Source of the DNA: the human T2T-CHM13v2.0 reference genome, Homo sapiens
Length of the DNA stretch: 64,000 nt
Direction: 5' to 3' (one strand)
NCBI RefSeq assembly: GCF_009914755.1
Contig: NC_060937.1
The notes under the pieces: generated by a model
What the model was told of the DNA's origin: nothing
What the model saw: only the letters and a program-made list of their open reading frames with translations
The model's database searches: none
In this document: piece after piece, positions 14,345-27,754 of the stretch
Layout of the letters: each line of letters opens with the position of its first letter
Numbering within the stretch: position 1 is the first letter of the stretch
Made by a program: the position numbers and the translations under genes

Positions 14345-14844
14345 ATGATGAGATATCTTCTCACACCAACCAGAATGGCTATTATTAAAAGTAAAAACAA
14401 CAGTAGGTGAGGCTGCAGAGAAAGAGGAACACTTATACACTATTGGTGGGAATTCAAAATAGTTCAGCCACTGTAGAAACCAGTTTGGAGATTTCTCAAG
14501 GAACTAAAAATAGTACCACTATTTGACTCACCAGTTCAATTACTTGGTATATACCCAACGGAGAATAAATCATTCTATTGAAAAGACACATGCACTAATA
14601 CATCCATCTTACTTAGCGCTATTCTCAGTAGCAAAAAGGCAGAATCAACCTAGGTACCTATCAACAGTAGATCAGATAAAGAAATTGTGGTACATATACA
14701 ACATGGAATACTACACAGCTATAAAAAGAATGAAATAATTTTATTTGCAGCAACATGGATGCAGTTAGATGACGTTGTACTAAGAGAATTAATATAGAAA
14801 CAGAAAACCAAATACTGTATAGTCTCACTTATAAGTGGGAACTA
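14345..14844 (+). mobile_element. Host L1 (old L1PA) ORF2 end and 3' UTR, first part
   Basis: L1 ORF2 C-terminal motifs (KKLWYIYNMEYYTAIK); breaks at 'ataagtgggaacta'. Confidence 0.85.
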
Positions 14845-16202
14845 TAAAAAAATAGACATACTGACCAATGAAATAGAATAGAGAGCCCAGAAATAAACGT
14901 ACACACCTACAACCGTCTGATCTTTTACAAAATTGACAGGATTTTGCAATGAGGAAAGAACATCCTATTCAATAAATGATGCAGGGATAGCTGGCTAGCT
15001 ATATCAAAAGAACTGGACCCCTACCTCTCACCACATATAAAAATCAATGCAATAGGGATTAAATACTTAAATATAAGACCTCAAACTATAAAAATCCTAG
15101 AAGAAAAGCTTCTTGATATTTGCTTTGGCAAATAATTTGTGAATAAGTCCCCAAAAGTAATTGTAACAGAAACAAAAGTTGACAAGTGGGACCTAATAAA
15201 ACTAAAGAGCTTCTGCACAGCAAGAGCAATTACTGACAGGGTAAACAGACAACCTACAGAATAGGAGAAAATAGTCATAAACTATGCATCTGGTAAAGGT
15301 GTAATACCCAGAATCTACAAGGAACTAAACAAATAAACACCAAAAATAAACACACAAATAACCCTATTAAAAATGGGCAAAGGCTATGAATAGACATTTC
15401 TTTAAGAAGACATAGAAATGACCAACAAATACATAAAAATTGCTCAACATCCCTGATGTCAGAAAGATATAAATCAAAACCACTGATACAATCTCACACC
15501 AGTCAGAATGACTATTAATAAAAAGTCAAAAATAGCAGGTGCTGGCCAGGCTGCAGGGAATAGGGAACACTTATACACATTTTGTTGGAATGCAAAATAC
15601 TTCAGCTCCTTTAGAAAGCAGTTTGGAGATTTCTCAAATAAGTAAACATAGAACTAACAGTAATCTCGTTAGAGGGTATATACCTGTAGTAATATAAATC
15701 ATTCTACCAAAAGAAACATGCACTTACATGTTCATCAAAGCATTATTCACCATAGCAAAGACATGGAATCAACATTAAGTGCCCATCAATGGTGGATTGG
15801 ATACAGAAAATGTAGTACATCTACACCATGGAATACTACACAGCCATAGAAAGAACAAAATTATGTTCTTTACAGCAACATGGATGGAACTGGAGGTCAT
15901 TGCCCTAAGCAGATTAACACAAGTACAGAAAACCAAAGACTGCATGTTATCAATTATAAATGGAGCTAATGATTGAGTACACATAAAAATAAAGTGGGTA
16001 AAGCGGGACACTGGGAACTAGATGCAGGAGAGAAGGAGAGGGGCATAGGCTGAAAAACCACTTATTGGGTATTACACTCACTACCTGAGTGATGAGGTTA
16101 TTTGTACCCCCAAACTCAATGCACTCAATATACCCATGTAACAAACCTTCACATATACCCTTTAATCTATAATAAAAGTTGAAATTATAAAATAAAAACA
16201 AA
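14845..16202 (+). mobile_element. 5'-truncated L1 (old L1PA) nested in another L1 3' UTR
   Basis: Restarts in ORF2 ('gaatagagagcccagaaataaa') and runs through its own 3' UTR to an A-rich tail. Confidence 0.85.
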
Positions 16203-16428
16203 AATGGGTACACATGGACATAAAGATATGAACAATAAATATTGGGAACTATGAAGTGGGGAAGAAGGAGGGAGAGCAAGGGTTGTAAAACTAACTATTG
16301 GGTACTATGCTCAATAACTGGATGATAGGTTCCATCGTATGCCAGACCTCAGCGTCACACAACATACTCTTCCAGCAAACACACACGTACCCTCTGAATC
16401 TAAAATTAAAATTTAAATGAAAAAAAAA
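16203..16428 (+). mobile_element. Host L1 3' UTR, second part
   Basis: 'aatgggtacacatggacataaag' continues the 3' UTR broken at 14844; ends in poly(A). Confidence 0.85.
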
Positions 16429-17553
16429 TTGAACTTTGTTACTGTACATCACATTCCACTATATTTTACTTGGCATATATCTTTTTTCATGTGTATAATT
16501 ATTTTTAGCATGTGTTAATAAGTGAAGAATATCTAGTTCAACATTATTGCTAAGATTTGTAATAATTTTTGCCAAATCAATTTACAGAAGGTCTATTTCA
16601 ATATCCTCTCTCATCAGGTGAGCATGAACTTGCTGGTTTCTCCTTAGTCTCACAGAATTTAGTATTCTCTGTCTATATCTTAGATATAAAATAATTTTTC
16701 AAAATGGTACATTGTTGTCGATAAAATTGATATTTATTTGAAGGTTAATATTCACTAGGTGTAATGTCAAACTGGATACTAAGGATATTAGCATTTGTTC
16801 TGAAATCTGAAAATAATCTGGATTTACTTTTCTTTTTCTACTTTAATTTAATTTTTAAATTTTATTAACATTTCGTGTGTTTTAATAATTAGAAAAAGAC
16901 CTTTAAAAATCTCAGTTCTACTCATGTAATACTTTGCAAAGAAACTCTTACCCTTTACCTTAAATAACATTTAATTAGCATACTAATATCTAGCATACTA
17001 ATATCTGTTAATCACTTATTAATTATTTGAAATTATGTTAATGTAGGCTTTTATTGTAAAAACTAAAATAAACAGAATATGCAAGAATATTAAAAAACTA
17101 TTGTAGATGCAAGAAGAGGTATTTTGGATACCCAAATTGTCTTTAGTTATTTTAAATCATACCAACAGAGAGGTTTCACATTTAAATCCTTTAAGAGTAA
17201 AACTTTTTCTGTTCCTAAAACATAAGTAATTTTTTGAATAATCTTTTTTTTTTTGTTAAGTCTTTTAATCAACTGAATTGGTGGTAATATCACTACAATT
17301 TTTCACTCAAAATTCAATTTAAAAATTTCAGTTGTAATTCATTCAAATTCTGGCCTAAATGAAATACTTAATTCATGCTAATGCAAAATCTAAGTAAAAT
17401 TTATAATAAATTTTAAAAATTTTATAAAGATTAAAACTTTTGAATTTAAACACCAGACTTTTTTCCAACACTATTGACTTTTTATCACTTTTTATGACTC
17501 AATATCATTACTTTTGAAAATAGTATTACATTAAACTTAATAATAATGTTTTT

Positions 17554-17669
17554 AGCCAGGTGCAGTGGCTCATGCCTGTAATCCATTACTTTGGGAGACT
17601 GAGGAGGGGGGATGGTTTGAGGCCAGGAGTAACTAAATAACATAGCAAGACCCAATTTCTACTAAAACA
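17554..17669 (+). mobile_element. Alu left monomer (FLAM/AluJ-like)
   Basis: 'gccaggtgcagtggctcatgcctgtaatcc...catagcaagacccaatttctactaaaa'. Confidence 0.85.
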
Positions 17670-20418
17670 GTTTCTAATGAAAGTGGCATTGATTGACCCC
17701 TTACTATACATAAGACCATTTTAAGTATTCTGCTTGCACTGACTAATTAAGTCTACACGGCAAATTTTATGTGGCATATATGATTACCATTCTCATATTT
17801 CAGAGGCTGAAACCAAGGAACAGATATTAAGCAATTTTTTCCTAGTAGCACAATTTAAAAAAGTGAAAAAGTTGAACTCTATGTACATTCTTTCAGTATC
17901 TAGAGGCTTTTAAAGCATTTTTTGGTTTTCAAATTCTTTATGTTGATATAAATTTTCACAGACTTTAGCACTATTTTCTGTTTTGTCCTATAGCTGTCTT
18001 CCTGTATCTAGATGTTTTAGCCAGCAACTCTGTTTAAAATCTGACAGACAGAAATTGATGTTCCAAACAAGAGAGCTGTCCACATCCTTTGAATTTGAAT
18101 GGTGCATGTCTTTGTCACTGTTTTCACTCTCTCTCTTCTTCTGTCCTGGCTCGCCAGAAATTTGTCTTTCCCTTGTCTTATTTGACTGATAGCTAGAACC
18201 AGCTTTGTGAAAGCTGTTCAGATAAGCAGGCGTGAAAACTAGTAACAAGGAAGTGTCATGGCTAGATTTACATCCGAAATGATAGGGAACACTGACAAGA
18301 ACACTTCAGAAGCAGTTATTTGTGTCTGATGGTGGTAAAAAGTGATGAGAAAGGAACAATTCAGTAATCTAAATGCTGATTTGTTTGACTGGACAGATGA
18401 AAACAGTGCAGTGATGACTATCAGCTTGGTCTTTCTTTTTATAGAGATCTATAAGGTAAGTTGCTTCATTTAGATACACATGCCTCTCTCAATCAGGGAT
18501 AAAAAGAAGGTGCAATATTTAAAAATCCAGTCAAGCATAATGGCATTCGTGCTTTCAAATTGGAATACAATTTAAAAAATGATAATAATATTTAATACCT
18601 TATGCATCACTTGATATTGAGGTTCAAATTTTCATTATTCAAATTGGCCTAAAGTTTCATTTTTATCTTACACTGTGTTGATGTGAGATTCATATATTTT
18701 CTTGCAGTACTTTAGGGTATCTTTCAGTTATCATGCCCTAAGAGTTATTGAATTTTGTTCTTCACTTTCATCATTTATAAAATGGGTCTCAAAATATGAA
18801 TGCTTAACATAGCTATTCTTACTAAAATTAATAATGTAAGAGATGTAGAGCAATATGTAACATGCTAATAACATGTTAGATATTATCTTCATTATTACTT
18901 CATAGTAAATACAGAATGTTAGATATTATCTTCATTGTTACTATTTTATTGCATGCAATAAAATATATTGCATATATTGCATGCAGATGAGGGATCATTA
19001 ATGCACTTAGATCTATGAACTATCAGGTGGCAAGGGGAATAGTTAAAGGAATACAATAAAATAAAGACAAATTTCTCTTCCAGTAGCAGTGGTTGTTGAC
19101 ATATTAAACTTAACTCTGAAGCCTTGGGGAAAGGAAAAATTGTTATTGAAATTTTTAGCCTTTCCATTGTTTGTCATGTAATATCACATTAGGAAAACAA
19201 AATATCTTTTAAAAGGCATGCAGTTCCATTTACCCTTCAATCAGGATGCTATTTAAATTACCCCTGAAGAATAAAAACATAGAATGTTGAAAAACAAAAC
19301 AAAACACAACAATCTAAAGCAAAACAAAACAGAAATCCAAAAAAGAATGCTAACATGCTAAAAATTCTTTCTTGTTCACAGCCTACAGTCCATATGCTTC
19401 AGTCTATTGTGTCTTGATCTAAGAAGAGATGCAGAACAGATGGTATGTTGGTGGCAGGCTGAGTTAAGCTTATCTTCTGTAAGAAAAGATTTCTACTGTC
19501 CATATTTCTGACTTATTATACCCAATTTTAATATGCATCTTAAATGACAAGTGTGAAAATATAAGCACTTAAATATTTGCAGTTCTTTAAATCTTGACGA
19601 ACATTGGTGGACATAGTTATTATATGAAAATTTAAGAGCTGTTTTCATGATGATTTTTAAATCCAGACTTTCTTCAGTCTTTGCTAAATTTAAATCTCAC
19701 AGTTCTCAGGTACTAGAAAGGGGCCTTTTTATGTATGCTCTAGAACTCTTTGGCCAATATACGTTACTTAAATTTGTATATGAGCACATCATTTTTGTAA
19801 AAAGTAATCATTCTATTCTCTGCTTATGATGATAGCATTTTGATTCATTTTACTTCATCTAGTTTGGCAATATTTTGATAGAAAATGCATCAGATATAGG
19901 GTTCCTATAGGATCACAAATCAAAACTTTCATGTTACAGTGTTGATAAATTCTACAGACTTTGATAAAGTCTACAGAAGTGTAACATTCCCTAGACTCAT
20001 TAAAAATTTTAATAGGATGTCCAGTCCCTTTGATAGGCTGCTATTATTATTAACACCTGTCAGGAGATGACTCAGCTAATTATTGAATAAGATGGTCTTA
20101 GATGATAAGATTTTTTTTCATATTGTGATATTTTTGAAATGAACAGCGCTGAAAATATGAAGACAAAATTTTGTTGTTAAATGGGTTTAAACCCATTTAT
20201 TAGTTCTATGCACTTGGACAAATTTGTAACTCTTAATTTTGCCCATATCAGTATAGCATAATACTATCATTGGAATTACTTGTAAAAATAAAAGGAGTTA
20301 TTATACAAAATTATTGTCACATGCTATCAGTACAAGTAACATATATTAGTTCCTCCATTATCTATTTTTAACTACATTTCTCTCTAATCTTTACATTAAC
20401 TTACTTTTCTATTTTTCA

Positions 20419-21060
20419 AGTATACATATATGTGTATATATATAAGTATATATGTAAGTGTATATATATAAGTATATATGTGTATATATAAGTGTATATA
20501 TATAAGTATATATAAGTGTATATATAAGTATATATATAAGTGTATATATATAAGTATATATGTAAGTGTATATATATAAGTATATATGTAAGTGTATATA
20601 TATACTTATATATATAAGTGTATATATATAAGTATATATATAAGTGTATATATATAAGTATATATATAAGTGTATATATATAAGTATATATATAAGTGTA
20701 TATATATAAGTATATATATAAGTGTATATATATAAGTATATATAAGTGTATATATATAAGTATATATGTAAGTGTATATATATAAGTATATATAAGTGTA
20801 TATATATAAGTATATATGTAAGTGTATATATATAAGTATATATGTAAGTGTATATATATAAGTATATATGTAAGTGTATATATATAAGTATATATGTAAG
20901 TGTATATATATAAGTATATATGTAAGTGTATATATAAGTATATATGTAAGTGTATATATAAGTATATATGTAAGTGTATATATATAAGTATATATGTAAG
21001 TGTATATATAAGTGTATATATATATAAGTGTATATATATAAGTGTATATATATGTATATA
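20419..21060. repeat. TA-rich minisatellite (units tatatatataagtg / tatatatgtaagtg / tatatatataag)
   Basis: Direct reading; explains the YIH/TYI-rich ORFs. Confidence 0.97.
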
Positions 21061-21269
21061 AAGGCAAAAAGGCAAGGTTTTATTTCATCTGCAAAATTTT
21101 CTCTGTGAAAGTTTGCAGGAATTCATTATAGCTGTTTATAATTTTACTTAAAATTTGTAATTATATAATTTTAATTGGAAATTATTGGAATGTGTAATTA
21201 AAATAAAAGTAATAATTTTAGCAGTTTACTAATTAAATTTCAGTGCATTGTCTCCTTTAGTTTATGTGA

Positions 21270-21440
21270 TATTTGGCAAACTTTTTATTTAAAGGGTCAG
21301 ATGGTAAATATTTTAGTCTTTGTGGGTCATATGCAACTCTATCACAACCACTCAATTCTGCCATTGTAGCGTGAAAGCAGTAACAGACAATAGTATGGTG
21401 TGACTGTGTTCCAAAAAAACCTTATTTCAAAAAACAGACA
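21270..21440 (+). mobile_element. MER58A (hAT-Charlie), 5' portion
   Basis: 'ggcaaacttttt...aaagggtcagatggtaaatattttag...ctcaattctgccattgtagcgtgaaagcag' matches MER58A. Confidence 0.85.
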
Positions 21441-21444
21441 AAAA

Positions 21445-24050
21445 TGGCAATAAGGTAAAACTGCACAACTATTAGAATAGCAAAAATGAAAATAAAAAAA
21501 AGCAATACCAAATTTTGGTTATGAAAACTCACTCATTTCAAATGGTGCAGCCACTTTGGAAGACAGTTTGTCAGATTCTTACAAAACTAAATGTACTTTT
21601 ACTATATGGTGCAGTAATCATGTTTTAACATATATGCTGAATTGATTTGAAAACTTACTTTCATCTGCATGTGAATGTTTACAGAAACTTCATTCACGAT
21701 TGCCGAAAATTGAGGGCAACCAAGATCTTATTAATAGATGAATGGATAAACAATTTGTAATACAGCCACATAGTGGAATATTATTCATCATTAAAAAGAA
21801 GTGAGGTATCAAGCCATCAAAAAACATAGACAAACTGTGAATTCATATTACTAAGTGAAAGAAACCATTATGAAAACAGCTACAGGCTGGATATTCCCAA
21901 TTATATGCCATTCTGCAGAAGGTAAAACTATAGTAAAAAAGAAAGGAAGGAGGGAATTGAATAGCTGTATCATCAAAGATTTTTTAGCACATATCAAAAC
22001 TATTCTGTATTATACTGTGTACTTGTGGATACATGACACTATGCAGTTTGTGAAACTCATAGAACTTAACAGCACAAGGAGTACGCCCTAATATATGTGA
22101 TATAGTTTTGATATTTGTCCCCATGCAAATCTCATGTTTAATTGTAACCTCCAATGCTGGAAGTGGGCACTGGTGGGAGGTGTTTAAATCATAAGGGAAG
22201 ATCCCTTATTAATTGATGCTATCTTTTTGATAGTTAGTTCTTGTGAGATCTGATCATTTAAGAGTGTATGGCACCTCCTTCCTCATTCTATCCCACTTGC
22301 TCCTACTTTCACCATGTGACATGCCTGCTCCCCCTTCACCTTCTACTATGATTGTAAGCTTCCTGAGGCCTCCCTGGAAGACTAGCAGATGCCAGCACCA
22401 TGCTTCCTATAAAGCTGGTGGAACTGTGAGCCAAATAAACTTCTTTTCTTTATCAATTACCCACTCTCAGATATTTCTTTATAGCAATGCAGGAATGATC
22501 TCATACAATATGCAATTAAAAAATAATTTGGGAGGTCAAGAGATAACTGAATGCAATGCAAAATGTGACTAAATAATTTAACTATAATTATACAAAATAG
22601 CCTCTCTAAAAAGAGAGAAAAAGGTGCTGACCTAAGTTACTTTTGAAATCATTGATGTCCATAAGGACAGAAAAAAACTATGCATAAGCATTGTACCGTA
22701 GTTGACATATTTATTTCCAATGGGGATACAGGTTAACAACACTAATGCCTTTATATATGTGTATGGGAACTGAACACTGAGTAAATGAATAGTTGAAGAG
22801 TGGAGCCAGGTTTTCAATTTTGGGAGTGAGAGGTTGTAGGTAACAAAAGGAAAGAGGCTGGAATGTTCCATGTGGTAACTGATTCAAGTTATAGACACAA
22901 ATATTATGTCATATCATCTTTATAAATATGATTACTTATAAATATAAATATATTTCCATATTTGTGAATATAATCAGGTTAATATACATGTATATTTCCT
23001 TGCTTATCAGCTAAGAAGACTTAGACGCAATGAGCCCCAGAAACAGTAAGTACCTATAATACTCAGATTTTGGTTTCTAATGTCATTCTCCAAAAATAGG
23101 AAGAAGTTCTTTTTAGAGAATCATTGTAGGACTGGTGCAGTAAGTATACAAGATAAGCCTGGAACATTTTGTCATTCAGAAAGTAAAAAATTGCTCAAAA
23201 ACAAAACAACAACAAAAATAAGCGATTATGCCAAATGGTCCTGGGGGCCAACTGAAAGTGCTCCCAATGGCTAAAGCTGAAATAATTTGAAAAATAAGAT
23301 AAATAGGCTAGTATTGGATTATAATCCAAAATATAAAATAAATATCCACGAGTTTATAGTTATAAATGCTGCAGAATAGACAAATCTCCTATGCAGAAAA
23401 TTTCTAAATAATGTATCTGGGTATCTCGCCTTTAAGGAGGTAGAATATAACTCCACACTCCTTAAGTGTAAGCTGAGCATAGTGACCTCCTTCCAAAGAG
23501 TACAATATGAAAAGTGAGAGTGGTAGGAGAAGAGTAACTTTACAGTGGAGAAACCTAACAAACATTAACTCAAGTAAGTAGATCTAGGTTCACATCAACA
23601 TAAAAACACTTGATATGATGAACATGGCAATTTATTTTGTGGTCTTTCTTCCAAAAACTGATGACACCAGTCTAATAATGAGAAAAACATTGAACAAATT
23701 GCAATTGAGGTGCAAAATTTCTTGCTGGTATTCCTCAAAACTGTCATAGTTACTAAAAACAAAGAAATTCAGAGAAAATGTCACGGTGACGTAGAGCCTA
23801 AGGAGACATGACCACTAAATCCAATGTCATGATTGAGTGAAATTCTGAAGCAGAAAGGAATTGGATAAGAACTAAGAAAATCTGAATAAAGTACAATCAT
23901 TTCTTAATAATGTCTTTATATTGTTTAATGGGTTGTGACAAATTTATCATACTAATGTAAGATGTTAATAATAGTGAGAGTAGATGTAGATAATATGGGA
24001 ACTGGCTGTAGAGTCCTTGTATTTTCTCTGCAAATATAAAGCTATTCTAC
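21445..24050 (+). mobile_element. L1MC-type ORF2 end and long 3' UTR, interrupted by an MST LTR
   Basis: 'aatggtgcagccactttggaagacagtttg'; L1MC 3' UTR motifs 'gagcatagtgacctccttccaaagagtac' and 'atactaatgtaagatgttaataatag'. Confidence 0.85.
22098..22507 (+). mobile_element. MSTA/MSTB solo LTR (ERVL-MaLR)
   Basis: TG...CA termini, MST motifs, and a perfect 5-bp TSD ATATG (22093-22097 / 22508-22512). Confidence 0.93.
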
Positions 24051-24114
24051 TACATATATTTTTATACATATATACATATATAAAAATATATATTTTTTGC
24101 GTGTGTGTGTGTGT

Positions 24115-24164
24115 AATATGGGTAGCAGGGTGGATTTGATATGTCGATAATTTTCATATCCCTG
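24115..24164 (+). mobile_element. MER58A 3' terminus
   Basis: 'ggtagcagggtggatttga...aattttcatatccctg' resembles the missing MER58A end. Confidence 0.6.
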
Positions 24165-24434
24165 ATTTAAGGTATATTATTTCATTCTTCCAATTATTTA
24201 GATGGGCAACAAGCTAGATACCTGTTTCATAGTACCTTCAAGCCAGACATAAATGGTCATATATTCAGTATGAGAGAGACAGAGGCCCACCTCCTACACT
24301 TGTTTGAATCCATGGTTATGGACTGGTTTGTTTGAATCATGTGTTTTTATATATGGGTATATTTTCCTGTGTCTTTAAATAAGATATATAGATGAATATG
24401 TTGTTAAAGAAATTAAAATACTGTTTTGTTTGGA

Positions 24435-24590
24435 CGGTATGGTGTAGTCAAGGAGAACAGTAACAGAGACCACAAGTTTCTACTTGTGTCATCTGTGTAA
24501 TTTGACTTAGCAGACCTGGGTCTTATTCTCATCTGTAAACCAAATTGTTGCAGTACATACTATCCAAGGTTGTTTAAATATTCTAAGACT
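24435..24590 (+). mobile_element. MIR fragment
   Basis: 'gtatggtgtagt...agagacc...ttctcatctgtaaa'. Confidence 0.55.
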
Positions 24591-26149
24591 GGCTTAGATG
24601 ACTTAAATTAATTTTTGCATTATCCTTACATAGTATCCATGAAAAGACCAATTTACCTATTTCCTGTTGATTTTCAAATGGCAGGAAAACTAATTACTTC
24701 AATCAACAAATATGATTTACTCTGCACGTAACATTTGTTGGTAAGAAGAGAGCATCCAAAATCGGATGGTGGTTTGTCTGCACACAAACAGCCACCATCT
24801 TAGTACTGAAAATCTTAGTGCTGCAGTGTTAAAAGTAAACCTTTAAGGCACAGGCTAGGTGATTGAAATATGGAGAAAAAGAGAAGATATTTAAAACGTA
24901 GAAACATATATATATATGGAAATATGAAAATGATGGAAAAATGAAAAGTTACATATTTTTAACTGGAGTGATAGGAAAAAGCATAGACATTATTATAGTT
25001 GAAGACAATGAATCAGTTGTGATTAATGCAGACAATTTTGATTTGGAATTAACTGAAAGGTACTTAAAATAAGAGAAATCAAAAAATAGATATTACCCAT
25101 ATTTGGAAGTCAAATGAGCTGTCTGGTCAATAGTTAAATATTGTAGGATTTATTGAGATAATAGAAATTGATAAGCACGGATGTAGATACACACACCTTT
25201 TAAAGTTAAGGAGAGGGTGTCTCTGGATTAATTAGAACACAAGTCTATTTTCTCAACTTCACCCTTAAAAGATCTATAGATTCATTTTATTTTCCATGTA
25301 CCTCAAATACAAATTTATGGCAGCTTTTATGATTTTTCTGATCTCCCCTAGTTATTAAAGAGCCCGGTTACCTTTTGTCATAAACATATGGCAGTATAAT
25401 TTTATAAACTCCAAGCTAGGCTTTGAGATTAAGTGTCTACCCTCTCTAATTGGAAAAGTATACTTTGAGAAACAATGGCCCAAGCCCATGTCTGCTATTT
25501 CCCTGCCTTGTGTTTCCTTTCCTCTTTCCTTCTGCCTGCCTTCATCCTCTGCTTCCTTCTTGACAGAAGACAGTGGGAACCTGTTTACAGGAACATTATT
25601 TTTCTGCTGGTACCATCTTTGGGAGGTTACCTATGCAGCCACAATTTCTTTAGCTTTATAGAATTAATTTCTACTCTAATGCATAATCCCAAACTTACAT
25701 CTCATAAATAGAAAAAAAATAACAAAACAGCAGATATTGATTTAATATTTTAATAATTGTCACCAGTTTCAGAATGATTCCAGAGATATACTTCTTTAAG
25801 AAACCCATTGCTCTAAGTTTTTGCTTTTCTAGAACTTTTTGTCTCACCTTTATCTTGTTGCATACCTCCTTGCCTCTGCCTTGCTTCAATCTATATCTGG
25901 AAGAAAGTTCTTCCTTGTTGTTGCCAAAACAGAACTCATGATCATGTAAATTACTCATAATGAGTAATTGAAGATTACTAAATATATATGGAAATAACAA
26001 AGTGATTATGTTATATTTTATAATTATGTATTTGTGTAAATATTACACATGTATATTTTATGTATATACATATATACACACACACATATATATATATTCA
26101 CACACACATACAAGTATAACTATAATTAGCTCCATATTCAGTTCTGCCC

Positions 26150-26890
26150 TGGAAGTTCTCCATGTTTGCCTTTTCTCCTTGCACCTGGGATTATCATCAT
26201 TAAACCAACACCTGTTTCCACATATTTCTTTTATTTTATTGGGGATTCTTTCTGATTTCATTACCACTACATCTCTCCCATAATTTTCATTTAAATTACA
26301 AAATTCACCCACTTTTTAAAGCAGAGTCATTTTTGGAATATAAATCAGGTACTGCAACTTCTTTATTTTTAAATATTCCAGTGGCTTAGCATTATTCTCA
26401 GAATAAATTTCAACCTCTTTATGGTGACCTAAGAGATCCTTGCCTCTAGCTCTTGACTACACAGACATCTCAGCTGTTGGTCCCCGGCTGTTGGAAGTTG
26501 ACTACACAGACATCTCAGCTGTTGGTCCCCGGCTGTTGGAAGTCCAGTTGCACTGGATCCCTTTGTGTTCTTCTAACTTCTAAGCCTCTTGCAGCTTCAG
26601 GGCCTTTATATTGGCTGCCACCTGTGCACAGTATGCTCTTCTGCAAGTCCTCTGCTGGCTTGGGCCACGCACACTCTGTCTCAACTCTCATGGAACCTCT
26701 GAAGAGGAAATTCCTGATCACATGTTCTAAAGAGGGCTTCTCCCACACTGTGTGATTTATTTAATTCATAGAACATACCATAATATGTAATTAAGCTGTT
26801 ATACATTTTTATCTGTTTTGTCTCAGTATGTAAGCACTATTATAGCAAAATTCTTAATTATCATTTTACTACTGCTTTCATATCTGCTAT
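26150..26890 (+). mobile_element. Decayed L2
   Basis: 'ttccagtggcttagcattattctcagaataaa', 'gcttcagggccttta' and 'tgtaagcact' are L2 3'-region motifs. Confidence 0.6.
26453..26542. repeat. Perfect 45-bp tandem duplication
   Basis: ttgactacacagacatctcagctgttggtccccggctgttggaag x2. Confidence 0.97.
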
Positions 26891-26995
26891 ATATATTCAC
26901 TTAAAATCCAAACAAGAAAAGTTGCAAGAATTGTCAGTAAACACTTGTATATCTTACATCTATATTCACCATGTGTTAATATTTTGAAATATGTG

Positions 26996-27446
26996 TGTAT
27001 TAGGCAGGGTTCTCAAGAGGGACAGAGCTAATAGTATAGATATTCATATATATATAAAGGGGAGTTTATTAAGTATTAACTCACACAATCAAAAGTCCCT
27101 TAATAGGCCATCTGCAAGCTGAGGAGCAAGGAAAGCCAGTCCGAGTCCTAAAACTAAAGAACTTAGAGTGTAATGTTCAAGGTCAGGAAGCATTCAGAAT
27201 AGGATAAAAATGTAGGCTGCGAGGCTAGGCCAGTTTAGTCTTTTCATGTTTTTCTGCCTGCTTTATATTCTAGCCGCACTGGCAGTTGATTAGATGATAC
27301 CCACCCAGATGGTACCCACCCAGTGCCTTTCCCAGCCCACTGATTCAAATGTTAATCTCCTTTGGCGACACCCTCACCACATACCCAGAATCAATACTTT
27401 GCATCCTTCAATCCAATCAAGTTGACACTTAGGATTAACCATCACA
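26996..27446 (-). mobile_element. MLT2A solo LTR (HERV-L)
   Basis: 'tgtattaggcagggttctc...caatccaatcaagttgacacttaggattaaccatcaca'; TSD atgtg/gtgtg. Confidence 0.93.
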
Positions 27447-27754
27447 GTGTGCTTCTGCTTTCTATCTATGAATACGCATAAGCATATACCCATTACATTA
27501 TTGGTATCCTTTGTTGCAAAATTGTAGACATCATCTTGTGTTACTTATTCAGTGTGTTTTTCTTCATAGGAATACAATACAAATTATAATTCAGGACATT
27601 TAATATCAATATATATTATTTTTTAAATAATATATGGACAGCAATTTTAAATTTGCTGATACAAGACTATGCATTTCATATTATTGTTCTGTGTTTTTAT
27701 TTTATTTTATTCTACATATATTATATATTGATGTTTTGAAAGGTGCAGAACATC

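Noticed and set aside
16976-17005. 15-bp tandem duplication, and similar ones at ~51369, ~54730 and ~56433
   Set aside because: Ordinary replication slippage in AT-rich DNA with no further structure.
20416-21075. 219-aa and 153-aa ORFs
   Set aside because: Translations of a TA minisatellite that lacks stops in those frames.
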